Of a stretch of DNA of 64,000 bases, positions 28,196-38,517 are shown one piece after another. How positions within the stretch are numbered: position 1 is the first letter of the stretch; every line of letters starts with the position of its first letter. Made by a program: the position numbers and the translations under genes. This DNA comes from an uncultured virus (IMG/VR IMGVR_UViG_2775507075_000002) (taxonomy: Duplodnaviria > Heunggongvirae > Uroviricota > Caudoviricetes). The stretch lies in the IMG/VR virus record IMGVR_UViG_2775507075_000002, one strand, 5' to 3'. Below the pieces are notes generated by a model. That model ran no database searches and was not told where the DNA came from. It was given only the letters and a program-made list of their open reading frames with translations.

Positions 28196-31093
28196 TTACC
28201 TAGGACCGTGTCGTGTATAGTTTCCTTTTAGAGCGTTGCCAAAAGCCCCTTGTGGCATGGTAACCTCCTTTGTGAGTTCACCTTTTAACTGCCTGGAAAG
28301 CAGTCGATTATTCTGATTGAGTGTAGCGCTCAACTGCTCCGGAGTAATACCCTGGAGATGAAACTCCTGATTAATCGGCGCGTGTACAGTTGTTTGCCTA
28401 CGGTTATCGCTGTTAACGTTCTGAACACCAGTACCAAACCCTGTACGCCCCAGAGTTGCATCAAGCGGTTTGCCATTTCGAAGTGCCTCAAGCTGAGACA
28501 CGCCGATCCGGTTCGTTGATGCCTGGTCGAAGACGTACTCTCCTTTGTGAACAATACCCGCTGGCTGATACTTACCACCGGGGCCGGTGTAACCGCCGGA
28601 GGCGAATCCAACTCCTGAAACAGCCTGGATATTTGAGACGATACTGGCGGTCTGCGCAGCGATTGAGGCCATAGCGATGATGTTGGCCGGATAAGGCGAG
28701 CTAACTGCACCGCTTGCTATAGCCTGCTGGATTTTCACCATTGAGTCCGCGATAGCGAATGCCTTGCTCGCAGCAAAAGCAACCTTGTAGATTGCCGATT
28801 GCTCACCAAACCCCGTTCGCATGATGTCGGCGGTACTGTCAAACAAGGACTGCGTGGCCGCAGATATGATGGTGTTTTTCTGAGCCTCTATGACCTGATT
28901 TACATCCGCTGCACGCTGACGAATCGAGGTCATTCTGGCCTCACCCTCGGCAGTTATTTCGCCGGCCTTCGCATAAGCTTCCTCCTGAGCTGCCAGCCAG
29001 CGCTGGAGCTCTTGCTGAGCCTGGTCATATTCGTTGATTTGCCCCTGCATCCCCTCAAAAGTTCCAGAGAGTCGCCCTCCTGTGGGTGTCAGGTTTCCTA
29101 CAACATTACGAACCGTCGAGGGCAGTTGCATATCGGTATTTTGATAAATATCTGCCCGCGTTTTTTCATATTCACCGGGTTTGAGTTGCCCGGTTGCTTT
29201 GGCCTTCTCCAGTAGTTCAAGGCGGGTTTTAAGCAGATCGTTGGTCCGCTCATCCTTCGTCTTTACCTTTTCCTGCATCTTCCGGTAATCGTCCAGGGTT
29301 TTTACGGAGTTTTGCAGTGCCTCCTGCTGCTTATACGCCTGGAGGATTTCATCTGAACGGGAAAGGATCGATTTCTGGTCAGCGGTGAGCTGCGTTTTAG
29401 ACTTGAGGTCAGTAATTTGCTGTTCGAACTTAACCCGCGCCTGAGTTGCGCTGTTAAGCTTGTCACTGGCGTCAAGCTGGGACTGCATGGCAGCGGTCTG
29501 CTGGTTTATCTGATCAAGCAACCTGGTTGCTGCGTCCTCGGTATATGCTTTACCCTTTGGCGTCTTGGGTGGTTTCGGATCTTTGTACATCTCGTTAATG
29601 CGAGAAACATTTTTTGCATATTGCTCTGCAGTAATTGCACCAGCCTTCAGGAATTCGCTTTGCTGCTTAATAGCTTTATTGCGCTTATCCGCATTGCTCA
29701 GATATTGCTGGTTAACGCGATCTGCTTCCTGCTGCGTTTTAATTCTTTGCTGTTCGGCTTCCTTAGCCTTCGCCTGTCCTTTGGTTACATCCCCCTGAAG
29801 ATTGGCAACTGATTCGAGCAAATCTCTCTGTTTTATCATCTCCGGGAGGTTGGTAAACCTCGCGCTAAAACTGTTCCAGAACCCACCATCTTTTTGCCCT
29901 TTTTGGGCTTCAGCAATATTTTCGTTTAAGGTGGCAAGTTTATCCGTTAGTGTTTGTTCACGCCCAATATTGAGCATCGCATCCCAGGCGCCTTTGGCCG
30001 TTTTACCCAGCGAGTCCCATGCACTTTCAAGAAGACCAAGATTCTGATGAATATCATTCGCACGCTGCTGCATGGCATTGGCGTAAGCATCAGTAGCCAC
30101 CCGTGCAGCATCCTGCTGATTACCTTCATCCTGTAGCGCTTTAATCTGGTTGTAGGTTGCCAGTGTCAGAAAGTGGTACTGGTCGTTAAGTTTGGTAATG
30201 GCCGCAACCGGGTCAGCAGTAATGTCGTTGAAATCACCAACCAGCTTATCGGTAGCAATGCCCGTCGCCTCGCTGGTCTTAACAATGGCGGTTGTCACGC
30301 GCTCCAATGAGTCGCCAGCTACTTTACCGGATAACACCAACTGATTCAGCGTTGAAGCTGCTGCACCGGTTGTGGAGTTAGCTGCGACCGATACACGGGC
30401 CGCCATATCTGCCAGTTGACCGGAAGTTTTGCCTACCAGATTACCAGTGAGAACGAGAGACTTATAAAATTCGTCCTGCTCCTGAGTGCCTTTGTAATAG
30501 GCCAGACCAAGAAATCCGACCGCCGCAGCTGCAAGAGTTAAAGGGTTAACCAACCCCATAACATAGGTGCCCACACCCTTAATTGCCGGACCAATACCAC
30601 CAAACATATCTTTTAACTGCCCGCCCTGCTGCATCAGCACCATAAACGGAGACTGACCGGTGGATAAGCCGACAACAATATCTGTCATCTGAGCCGGGAT
30701 CATGCGCATGGCATAGGCGGTCTGGGCGGCGGATTGGCCGGTTTTACCAAGGTCGTCGCGAAATCCTGTTAGCCTGTTTCGTGTTTCCTCGATTTTCTTT
30801 GAATAAAGATCGAATGTATCGGTATCTACCATCCCCTTGGATTTGAATTTCGCAAGATCCTGCTGTTGTTTATCCAGTTTGTTCAGGGCGGCGTTTACCG
30901 GGTCGATACGATCTAAAAGTTCAGAAAGGGACTGTTTTTCTTCATCAGTGGCCTTTGTCACTTTCCCTGCACTGGTGGCAGCACGTTCACCTGCCTGCGT
31001 CATTTTTACAAGTGCAGTTGCGAGATTGTCAGCCTGCTTTTCTGCCCCAGAGCTGTCAATAATAATGGCCAGGCGGGAGGTTTGTTCTGTCAC
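28196..31093 (-). CDS. Tail tape measure protein (GTG start likely at 31093)
   Basis: QMTDIVVGLSTGQSPFMVLMQQGGQLKDMFGG lambda-type TMP motif; GFASGGYTG. Confidence 0.95.
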   Translation of the reverse strand: MTEQTSRLAIIIDSSGAEKQADNLATALVKMTQAGERAATSAGKVTKATDEEKQSLSELLDRIDPVNAALNKLDKQQQDLAKFKSKGMVDTDTFDLYSKKIEETRNRLTGFRDDLGKTGQSAAQTAYAMRMIPAQMTDIVVGLSTGQSPFMVLMQQGGQLKDMFGGIGPAIKGVGTYVMGLVNPLTLAAAAVGFLGLAYYKGTQEQDEFYKSLVLTGNLVGKTSGQLADMAARVSVAANSTTGAAASTLNQLVLSGKVAGDSLERVTTAIVKTSEATGIATDKLVGDFNDITADPVAAITKLNDQYHFLTLATYNQIKALQDEGNQQDAARVATDAYANAMQQRANDIHQNLGLLESAWDSLGKTAKGAWDAMLNIGREQTLTDKLATLNENIAEAQKGQKDGGFWNSFSARFTNLPEMIKQRDLLESVANLQGDVTKGQAKAKEAEQQRIKTQQEADRVNQQYLSNADKRNKAIKQQSEFLKAGAITAEQYAKNVSRINEMYKDPKPPKTPKGKAYTEDAATRLLDQINQQTAAMQSQLDASDKLNSATQARVKFEQQITDLKSKTQLTADQKSILSRSDEILQAYKQQEALQNSVKTLDDYRKMQEKVKTKDERTNDLLKTRLELLEKAKATGQLKPGEYEKTRADIYQNTDMQLPSTVRNVVGNLTPTGGRLSGTFEGMQGQINEYDQAQQELQRWLAAQEEAYAKAGEITAEGEARMTSIRQRAADVNQVIEAQKNTIISAATQSLFDSTADIMRTGFGEQSAIYKVAFAASKAFAIADSMVKIQQAIASGAVSSPYPANIIAMASIAAQTASIVSNIQAVSGVGFASGGYTGPGGKYQPAGIVHKGEYVFDQASTNRIGVSQLEALRNGKPLDATLGRTGFGTGVQNVNSDNRRQTTVHAPINQEFHLQGITPEQLSATLNQNNRLLSRQLKGELTKEVTMPQGAFGNALKGNYTRHGPR

Positions 31094-31166
31094 GTGCTTT
31101 TCTCCGGGCAATAAAAAACCCCGCCAAAGCGAGGTTGGAACTTTTTGAAACTGTCGGGTCTTTACT

Positions 31167-31598
31167 TCATTGGCGGTAAAACATTATTGCTACGATAATC
31201 ACCGCAAAGACAGTAATTGCAATTCCAGCGATTAACTTTACATTGACATCAGCCAGCCTATCACTAGCTCCAGTATTGTCAGTGTTAGCTATTATCTTCG
31301 AAGGAGTTACATCACTCCCGCAATGCTTGCACTTCACCGCTTCGGAATTTATTAATTCTGCGCAGTAAGGGCATTTGACTGAAGTTCCGGACGCTTTTAG
31401 CTTATCTCCCACCAGAGCAATAATGATACCTGCGATGGCTACGAAACCTCCAAATATCATATAATTTTGGCGCGATGATATTAATCCAAGATTGTTAACC
31501 CTATAGCCACCGCTTGTCGCTACTGTCACATCCATAAATAGCGCCAATACAGCAAAGATCACCCCTATTACAATCGCTAAGTATCCAATAATCTTCAC
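31167..31598 (-). CDS. Membrane protein with zinc ribbon (moron)
   Basis: TM segments plus CPYCAE...CKHCG. Confidence 0.75.
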   Translation of the reverse strand: MKIIGYLAIVIGVIFAVLALFMDVTVATSGGYRVNNLGLISSRQNYMIFGGFVAIAGIIIALVGDKLKASGTSVKCPYCAELINSEAVKCKHCGSDVTPSKIIANTDNTGASDRLADVNVKLIAGIAITVFAVIIVAIMFYRQ

Positions 31599-31645
31599 TT
31601 GTCTACCCCATAAATTAAAAAGCCACCAGATGGTGGCTTTATCAT

Positions 31646-32002
31646 TCAGCTTGCGTTCTCACAACCCGGCAGGCTGCGGTCAATCACAAGATTACCCTCA
31701 ACACGCAGACCAATCTTACCGAACAGGAAGGAGTGGTTAAGTTGAGTGACAACTACGTCAGACAGACCAACTGCACAGCGATCTTTTTCAATCGCTCGAT
31801 CAGCGGCTGTTTTAACGTTCGGGATGCCAAGAGGGAAGATGATAACCGGATAGCTATCTTCTGCTGTTACACGTTTCCCTTTATAGAACTTACCCCCATT
31901 GAGGTTGTAATTTTTAGTACTCGCCACAGTCAAATCTGCAACACGTACTGTACAACCAGAAAGTAACAGCGCTCCAAGCGCCAAAGCGATGACTTTTTTC
32001 AT
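31646..32002 (-). CDS. Lipoprotein (moron)
   Basis: MKKVIALALGALLLSGC lipobox. Confidence 0.8.
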   Translation of the reverse strand: MKKVIALALGALLLSGCTVRVADLTVASTKNYNLNGGKFYKGKRVTAEDSYPVIIFPLGIPNVKTAADRAIEKDRCAVGLSDVVVTQLNHSFLFGKIGLRVEGNLVIDRSLPGCENAS

Positions 32003-32078
32003 TATATGTTTCCTTTGATTGCAATCGGAAACATCCTATCATCGACTTTCAGGAGCATGGACCACCATTAATGGTAGG

Positions 32079-32905
32079 TCAGTTGCTTCCTTTCTTATCC
32101 GCTGCACGTTTCTGTGCCTCTGCCCACTCAGCCCTCCAGGCATCATCGAGAGCCAGTATGGCTGCGTCAAACTCAATGCGGTCGATCAGGATGGTGCGCG
32201 ATGCCAGGTAAAGCTCAATATCGTTCAGGGATAGAGGGAGCGGCACTCCGGCCATGCCGGCATACTTCCTGCCGCGCGATATCATGGCGTAAGCGTTGAG
32301 GATCTCCCCAGTAACTGCATCGATTTCAGGCTCTGGAATGGGCGGGAGATTTAGTTTCTCCCTGCGCCACTTTGCTTTCTCGCCCTGTTCGCCAGCGAAT
32401 TCCTTTAGCCACTTTTGTGCCTCTATGGCTTTTTTACGGTTTCCTGAGTCTGCTGCTCCTTACCCTGAGCAATGCTTGCGGCCTCGGCCAGTATCCGCCA
32501 GTACAAATCCGGGTACTGTTTCAGCATGGCGATCCCGAGCTCTGGGGTATAGTCGAGAGCAACCTCTGAGCCATCCACCAATTGGCCCACCCCCTCCCAA
32601 CCTTTCAGCAGGAACCGAGCGGCGTTATCGATCAGCAGGTCATCAACAGAGTCGATATCGTCCACGCTGGCGAGATTAAAATCCGTTGTCCCCACCTTAT
32701 AACCCGCGTCCATCTTATCGATGTGGCGGCGCACCAGCGCATTACGAGAGCGATATTGAGGATTCTCGCTGCTTGTCACCAGCAGGCGAAGTTTGAACAG
32801 CGATTCTTCTTCCGGCGAGAATTCCTTTTTGCTGCCTTCTGGCTTTTTGTAGGGGGAAAACCAGCGCTCGCCATTTAAATCAATTTTCTGGGTAACAATC
32901 AGCAT
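32079..32905 (-). CDS. Tail assembly chaperone G (32423..32905) and -1 frameshift product GT (to 32079)
   Basis: A AAA AAG slippery heptamer at 32429..32435; -1 frame open to 32079. Confidence 0.85.
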
Positions 32906-32959
32906 AATAACTCCATAATGAAGCCCGATCCGCGATGACTGCAGAACGGGCCAGGTAAA

Positions 32960-34132
32960 TTAAGGCGCGGTAACGGTGATTTCAGACGTTGCGGTAAAGG
33001 TGCGGGCCATACCAGTGATGATTGCAGTACCGGCTGCGTTACGCGTGACCTTCGCTGTTTTCTGCCCGGTAGAAACCACACTGGCGATAGTCGGATCCGA
33101 TGACGTCCACTGGACGGTATCAGTTGAATCAGCTGGCGTAAGCGTGGCGGTTAACGTCACAGTAGAACCCACGGCGCCAGTTGAAGTGGCTGGCGCAACA
33201 CTGATTGCCGTCGCCGGCACTTTAGGCACGCGCGTAATCGTAGGCGGAGTATTGGCCGCGGTGATATCCAGCTGAACCTGAACAATGTCAGTGCTCCCCG
33301 CATCCGGCCAGTCGCCGGAGATCTGCACTTCCGGGAAATCGAAGGTATAGGCGCCTTCAGCATTCTCCAGGGTGAAGCTAAACGGCACCGTTTCGCCGGT
33401 GAACGTTTTTTTGTAAACCTCCCAGGCTGCCTTTGACCATGACAGCGTGATTTGACCTGACGGGGTAAAGGTTGTCGGAATGTTTGCGCCGGCGAACGCC
33501 GAACCGGTACCGATGCAGCGCTGGGTCTGCATATTGTTGTTGAACTGAATGTTAAAGGTGTCGACACAGAAGCCTGTCCCGCCATCAACACCATTTAGCC
33601 GGATGTTCGTGACCTCTTTGAAGGAGTAACGCAGCGCCCCCGCTAAATCCACCGGCGCGGTGAAATAGCTGGTATCGTCCCCTTTCGTCTCCCAGTCCAG
33701 CCCAGCAAACGTAATGGTTGCAGTGATATCACCATCGGCCGGGATTTCCATCTGGAAGGTGCCAACCTGGCAACCGCGGGCAATCTGGGCAATCCCCACA
33801 TCACTGGCAAAAGTCGCCACTGAGAACGTAATGCGACCGTTACCCATCGTCAGTACGTTATTTACCCATTCGGAACCGAAGCAGCTGGCAAGAAAATCAT
33901 CATGCTGGTTCCAGCGAAACCGTGTGCCGACATCGCCGCCGACATCCACTGTGCCGCGTGAAACACCCTGCGCCATACGGTCACCAGCGATTTCGTCATT
34001 GTCGTTGGTGTTCTGCGTTGGTTTCAGACCAAATGAAGAACGGCGCAGCAGGTTCCACGCCCCTGCTGTTGGCGTGATTCCTGGCGTTGTCTCGCGAATA
34101 AACGCGGCTACTACTTTTGCACCTGAGCTCAC
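32960..34132 (-). CDS. Major tail tube protein with C-terminal Ig-like domain
   Basis: Synteny; TLTATLTPADST..WTSSDPTIASV Big_2 pattern. Confidence 0.88.
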   Translation of the reverse strand: MSSGAKVVAAFIRETTPGITPTAGAWNLLRRSSFGLKPTQNTNDNDEIAGDRMAQGVSRGTVDVGGDVGTRFRWNQHDDFLASCFGSEWVNNVLTMGNGRITFSVATFASDVGIAQIARGCQVGTFQMEIPADGDITATITFAGLDWETKGDDTSYFTAPVDLAGALRYSFKEVTNIRLNGVDGGTGFCVDTFNIQFNNNMQTQRCIGTGSAFAGANIPTTFTPSGQITLSWSKAAWEVYKKTFTGETVPFSFTLENAEGAYTFDFPEVQISGDWPDAGSTDIVQVQLDITAANTPPTITRVPKVPATAISVAPATSTGAVGSTVTLTATLTPADSTDTVQWTSSDPTIASVVSTGQKTAKVTRNAAGTAIITGMARTFTATSEITVTAP

Positions 34133-34155
34133 AGGAGCCTCCTGTTTTTTGTGCG

Positions 34156-34548
34156 CTACAGAGCGCGATAAGGAATTTGAAGATTGAGCTGTAACCAGCC
34201 ATCGGTCTCACCCGCCGGCACAGCAGAAACAGCGAAATAACTCAGCTTTCCGTCGTCCTTAAACTCGAATAGCTCCGTTAGCTGGTCGGCCGTTCGGGAG
34301 ATAAGCAACGTCCCGGAACCGACCGGAACAAACAGCTGAATGATGAGTAAGCCCGTCCTGTGGACTACCGGCCCGTCCCCGATCTCTGTTGCGCCAGCCT
34401 GCCCAGCAATGTTGGTTAGTCGGGCCCAGATATCGCGGTTACTGGGGTCAAATACTGGGCCATTGGGATAATCCACCGCATCAGAGGCAATAGCGGTCTG
34501 TGCCGCCATTCGGGAAATGACAGCGTTTCTGATTTCTGTAAGGGTCAT
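34156..34548 (-). CDS. Tail terminator-like protein
   Basis: Synteny; GLLIIQLFVPVGSG. Confidence 0.65.
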   Translation of the reverse strand: MTLTEIRNAVISRMAAQTAIASDAVDYPNGPVFDPSNRDIWARLTNIAGQAGATEIGDGPVVHRTGLLIIQLFVPVGSGTLLISRTADQLTELFEFKDDGKLSYFAVSAVPAGETDGWLQLNLQIPYRAL

Positions 34549-35096
34549 TTGTAGGCCTGAATTACACCATTAAACGAGACGGCATAGACGCCTGTCGGCG
34601 CCTGTGTTGAGTGGCCATTCTCCAGAGGCACGGAGTAAGGCAGGTTCGACTGGATGTAAATCACCGAGTAGGCTGGCGCCTGGTCAATAATATTTTTGCC
34701 ATTAAGAAACGTCATTGTCCCGCGCGGATCCGGTTCGGTCGGGACGGAATGATTAGGTTCGCCGATGCTGACAAAATGCGATGCCCTGAAGGTTCCTGCT
34801 CGATACTCAGCCGGCCGCCTGATATCCATGCTGTCATTAACACGGACTTTCTTTCTGAGACGGCCTGTCTTTGTCAGGTTGGCAGGATCGGCATAAAGAG
34901 ATTCGTTCCATTCCCCAACAGCTTTGTTGTACTGAACCGCGGTCGCGTTAATGGCCCACAGCTCCGGGTTTCCTACCGGCGACCGCTGAACGATTTCATT
35001 CAGCAACTGAATGGCGATTGCCCGCTGGCGTAGTTTGACATCTTCTGCCACCAGCCCGGCGAATGCCGCCGGGTCAATGTTCCAGCCCTTAGCCAT
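34545..35096 (-). CDS. HK97 gp10-like neck/tail completion protein
   Basis: RSPVG..GTFRAS..NLPYSVPLENGHSTQAP. Confidence 0.75.
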   Translation of the reverse strand: MAKGWNIDPAAFAGLVAEDVKLRQRAIAIQLLNEIVQRSPVGNPELWAINATAVQYNKAVGEWNESLYADPANLTKTGRLRKKVRVNDSMDIRRPAEYRAGTFRASHFVSIGEPNHSVPTEPDPRGTMTFLNGKNIIDQAPAYSVIYIQSNLPYSVPLENGHSTQAPTGVYAVSFNGVIQAYK

Positions 35097-35097
35097 A

Positions 35098-35481
35098 TCA
35101 CGCCCTCCGCAGTTGAATGGAGTACGCAGCGCCAGCAGAGTCGGCAGAAGCGGTTATGATGTCGTAACGCTGAAGCTCACCCGTAACCGGATCCGGTGCG
35201 GTGATGATATGCCCGACGGCCGGCTTATCAGTCACCTCGTTAACCAGGGCGGTTAGCTTCACATCACCATGCAGAATGTTAACGCCATCGATACGGAGCA
35301 GCTTATAGCGCGCCAGCACTCCACGCCCCGAGTAAGTCACCTGCGTTTCAGTGCCGGTTTCCGTCACCGGGTCCCAGTCACCCCGAACGGTATATGACCC
35401 AGTGAAATCCTTAACGGCATCCTGCAGGTCGGTATCGAATGCCGCGGCGACTTCGGTTTGCAGCTCGTCACGAATGCCCAT
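35098..35481 (-). CDS. Head closure/adaptor protein
   Basis: Synteny. Confidence 0.6.
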   Translation of the reverse strand: MGIRDELQTEVAAAFDTDLQDAVKDFTGSYTVRGDWDPVTETGTETQVTYSGRGVLARYKLLRIDGVNILHGDVKLTALVNEVTDKPAVGHIITAPDPVTGELQRYDIITASADSAGAAYSIQLRRA

Positions 35482-35701
35482 TGCACCCACCAATACGCTG
35501 CTGAGGTTTAACGATCACTGTACCGTGGAGTTTGCGGGTATAAATTTCGCCATTGCGTTTAACCCGCAGCGGGAGCGGAGCAAACTCTACAACACCCTTT
35601 GCCTCGTTTGCGTAAACGACATGTCTGATCGGGTTTCCATTCACAAACACATCGCGGGGACCGAGGCCGTCGCCGGCATAATGCACATATGGATTTTGCA
35701 T
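35468..35701 (-). CDS. Hypothetical phage protein
   Basis: ORF with RBS in operon. Confidence 0.55.
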   Translation of the reverse strand: MQNPYVHYAGDGLGPRDVFVNGNPIRHVVYANEAKGVVEFAPLPLRVKRNGEIYTRKLHGTVIVKPQQRIGGCNGHS

Positions 35702-35710
35702 GTTACCCCC

Positions 35711-35965
35711 TTACCGCCGCTCAATATGAGCATGGATAAAGTCGGTTTTAAGCGACTCCATAGCGCCAACCATCACATAGGGGCGTCCACCGTTATGCCA
35801 GCAATCAATCGCGTTACCCTCATCATCAAGCAGTATCACTGCGACACTGTGGCAGCCGCCGTTTTCGGCTCGCTCCAGAGCCTGTTTCAGCAGGCGAATA
35901 ACCTGGTCGTTATCGAGGTTGTGATGGCTGGGCTTTTGAAATGGGACCACCTTCAAATCGGACAT
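35711..35965 (-). CDS. Hypothetical phage protein
   Basis: ORF tightly packed in operon. Confidence 0.6.
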   Translation of the reverse strand: MSDLKVVPFQKPSHHNLDNDQVIRLLKQALERAENGGCHSVAVILLDDEGNAIDCWHNGGRPYVMVGAMESLKTDFIHAHIERR

Positions 35966-35966
35966 A

Positions 35967-36362
35967 TCACGCCCTCACAAAGAACGTCTGGAAAGGGTTA
36001 ATCATCCACGGTTTGAGCATATCCAGCGCCAGCTGCAAATCAGGATCGAGTAATTCAGTGCTGGTGGTTGAAAGCTCGGCAAAAGTGCGGGAAACCTTCA
36101 CATCGTCGGCCTCAACGCTTTTGCTCGTCACCACGCCGGAATCTGTTTTTTGCTGATACAGATTGCCTGCAGCGGCTACGGAAGCGATAAACGCTCCGGC
36201 TTGCTTAACTTCTTCAGGAATATGCTCCGGGTCGATATCCTGAAGGTTAAGCGCCGTCATCCAGGTGTTTGCCTGGAGCACGGCTTTAGCCTTTTTGTCG
36301 GCGGCAGCCCAGGTATCCCCCAGCAACTCGTCAACGTCCTGGATTGTTATATAAACGGTCAT
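35967..36362 (-). CDS. Head-tail connector
   Basis: Synteny; start MTVYIT with GAGGA RBS. Confidence 0.65.
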   Translation of the reverse strand: MTVYITIQDVDELLGDTWAAADKKAKAVLQANTWMTALNLQDIDPEHIPEEVKQAGAFIASVAAAGNLYQQKTDSGVVTSKSVEADDVKVSRTFAELSTTSTELLDPDLQLALDMLKPWMINPFQTFFVRA

Positions 36363-36402
36363 CGGATCCTCACCAAAAGAAACGGGGCTTTCGCCCCGTC
36401 GG

Positions 36403-36693
36403 TTAACCACCCGCAGGAGCAGTGAACGCGATCGCTTCAGTTGTTTTCACCACGCCGTCAACGGTAGCCGTCACCGTGAAGGAGCCGGCCGTAGCAGAGG
36501 TGAGTTTCACCGTCGAGCCACCAGCAGACCCTGTCTGTGACGTCGAAGCACTGAGTGTGCCGCCTGTAGACGTCCACGCCACAGATGCCCCGGAGACTCC
36601 TGCACCATTTCTGGTGTACTTGAGCGAAACGGTCACCGCGTCGGTACTGTCAGCAGTTGCGGAAGTTTTATCCACTGACAGGGTTACTCCCCC
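36403..36693 (-). CDS. Ig-like domain probably fused to the capsid by -1 frameshift
   Basis: -1 frame from G GGG GAG at the capsid end reads GGVTLSVDKTSATAD...; Big_1-like sequence. Confidence 0.7.
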   Translation of the reverse strand, partial: GGVTLSVDKTSATADSTDAVTVSLKYTRNGAGVSGASVAWTSTGGTLSASTSQTGSAGGSTVKLTSATAGSFTVTATVDGVVKTTEAIAFTAPAGG

Positions 36694-37637
36694 GCAGGGG
36701 CTTCCAGCTTAATCAGTACGCCTGCAGTGGATTTGTTACTGGTGAAATGTTTCTTCCAGTTCGCGCCGGTGCCGATTTTGGTCAGGTCAGGGTTAGCGCC
36801 CTTCGTCTCATCCCAGCTGTAACCCAGCAGTTCAACGTTAACCGTACCCTCTGCGCGATAGCCAATGGCAAGGTTTTCCTGGTCGTTGATATCGTAGGAA
36901 CGGAAGCCCGGAGCCTGTGATTCCGTTACGGATACCGCGCCGGCCACCAGCCCCAGAATCGCATCAACTGGCATGGTGTCAGTTACCAGCACCGGTTTAC
37001 CCAACGTGCCTGGCTGTCCGCCATAAACCACCACGCCAGCTTCTTCGTAAATTTTGTTGTCGATAGCCTGATCAACAATGTCGAAATAGGTCGTGGAATG
37101 CATAACGAACAGCGCAACACGGTTAAATTTATCGCCGTATTTACGCAGGCCACGGGTCAGCGTTTTCTTACCATCAGTGGCAATATCCGCGGATACCGTC
37201 ATGTCAGCATTTGCGCCAATGGCTGCAACAAGACCCTGTAGGGCATACTTGATATAACCTTCAAGCGTTGCATCAGCGACGTCGACGCCGATCACCTCGG
37301 AGAATTCGCTAACGTCGCGACCCCGACGTTTAAACGCCTCCTCCGTGGTTTCATACGGGCCGTATTTCCACGGCGCCTTAACGCTGACAGATTCACCGGC
37401 ACCGATTTTTTTACCCGTTACCGGGTCGGTGGAGTTAACGTTGCGCGATTCGATAGAACCACCAACTTTATAGAAGGTGCGCTTGCGAAAATCACCCTCG
37501 ATCAGTTCGTTGTCGAGAATGATTGCGCCGTTTGAAGCGGCGTTGAAGACTTCCAGATTATCCTGGCGACGCTCAAGAAACGCAGTCTGCGCGAGGTCGT
37601 CATAGATAATCAGGTCACTGTTTACGGTCGTAGGCAT
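36684..37637 (-). CDS. Major capsid protein
   Basis: 317 aa after the scaffold; synteny. Confidence 0.85.
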   Translation of the reverse strand: MPTTVNSDLIIYDDLAQTAFLERRQDNLEVFNAASNGAIILDNELIEGDFRKRTFYKVGGSIESRNVNSTDPVTGKKIGAGESVSVKAPWKYGPYETTEEAFKRRGRDVSEFSEVIGVDVADATLEGYIKYALQGLVAAIGANADMTVSADIATDGKKTLTRGLRKYGDKFNRVALFVMHSTTYFDIVDQAIDNKIYEEAGVVVYGGQPGTLGKPVLVTDTMPVDAILGLVAGAVSVTESQAPGFRSYDINDQENLAIGYRAEGTVNVELLGYSWDETKGANPDLTKIGTGANWKKHFTSNKSTAGVLIKLEAPAGE

Positions 37638-37647
37638 TGATTAGTCC

Positions 37648-38433
37648 TTACTTAGGCAATTTGAGATAGGCCTGCTGGCCATGTTTGCGGATGTAGTCCG
37701 CTTTGTCGCTTGAGCTCATTTCTGAACGTTTCAGACTACCGCCACCGCCACCGGGTTTATGACCACCAGCCCCGGAGCCTTCGGCGCGCGGGAACAGGTG
37801 CGGGGCCGTCTCTTTCAGAGATTCAGCCCACTCAACCGGGGTGAGCGGAGTTTTGCCGTCTTTACCGAACAGAACATCGCCATTTGCATCAACTGCTACG
37901 GCCTCGCCTTCGTCGTTGAGCTGGAATGTGCCTTTAGCACGAAGAATCAGATCGTCGGATGCTTCTGGCAGCGCGCCTGCCTTAAGCGCTGCGCTGCGGA
38001 TAGCATCACCCAGGACACGATCACGGAATTTGTTGGAGAACGCTTCCGCCTTTTCAGCGCGTTCATTAGCGGCTTTGATTTGCTTATCAACATCAGCACG
38101 TAGCCGCTCAGTGCGTTTATCCAGTACCTCGTCAATTTTCCCGGCGGCGATCAGTTGCGCCTCTTCATCATCAGAGAAACGCTGGAGAATGGTTTTCACC
38201 GCGTCAGGATCGATACCATCAAAACGCTTAAGCGACTCAGTGGACTCTTTGAGCTTACCGAGTAACTCACTATTTTTATTTTTCAGGCCTGAAACCTGAG
38301 CACTGACCTGCTCATCGATCAGCTTTTGGATTTCCGGCGTAATCTCGGGCGCACCACTACCGGAGCCACCGCCATCACCACCTTCACCACCAGCTGCCGA
38401 ATAATATTTAATGAGCATGTTACGAATAAGCAT
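37648..38433 (-). CDS. Scaffolding protein
   Basis: Coiled-coil, GSGAGG tail, upstream of capsid. Confidence 0.8.
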   Translation of the reverse strand: MLIRNMLIKYYSAAGGEGGDGGGSGSGAPEITPEIQKLIDEQVSAQVSGLKNKNSELLGKLKESTESLKRFDGIDPDAVKTILQRFSDDEEAQLIAAGKIDEVLDKRTERLRADVDKQIKAANERAEKAEAFSNKFRDRVLGDAIRSAALKAGALPEASDDLILRAKGTFQLNDEGEAVAVDANGDVLFGKDGKTPLTPVEWAESLKETAPHLFPRAEGSGAGGHKPGGGGGSLKRSEMSSSDKADYIRKHGQQAYLKLPK

Positions 38434-38517
38434 GTTGTCCCCTTGGGATAGTTACTGTGGGCCTGGCCCAATAAAAAAGGCCACCCGAAGGCAGCCTGAT
38501 TGAATAAGATATGTTAG

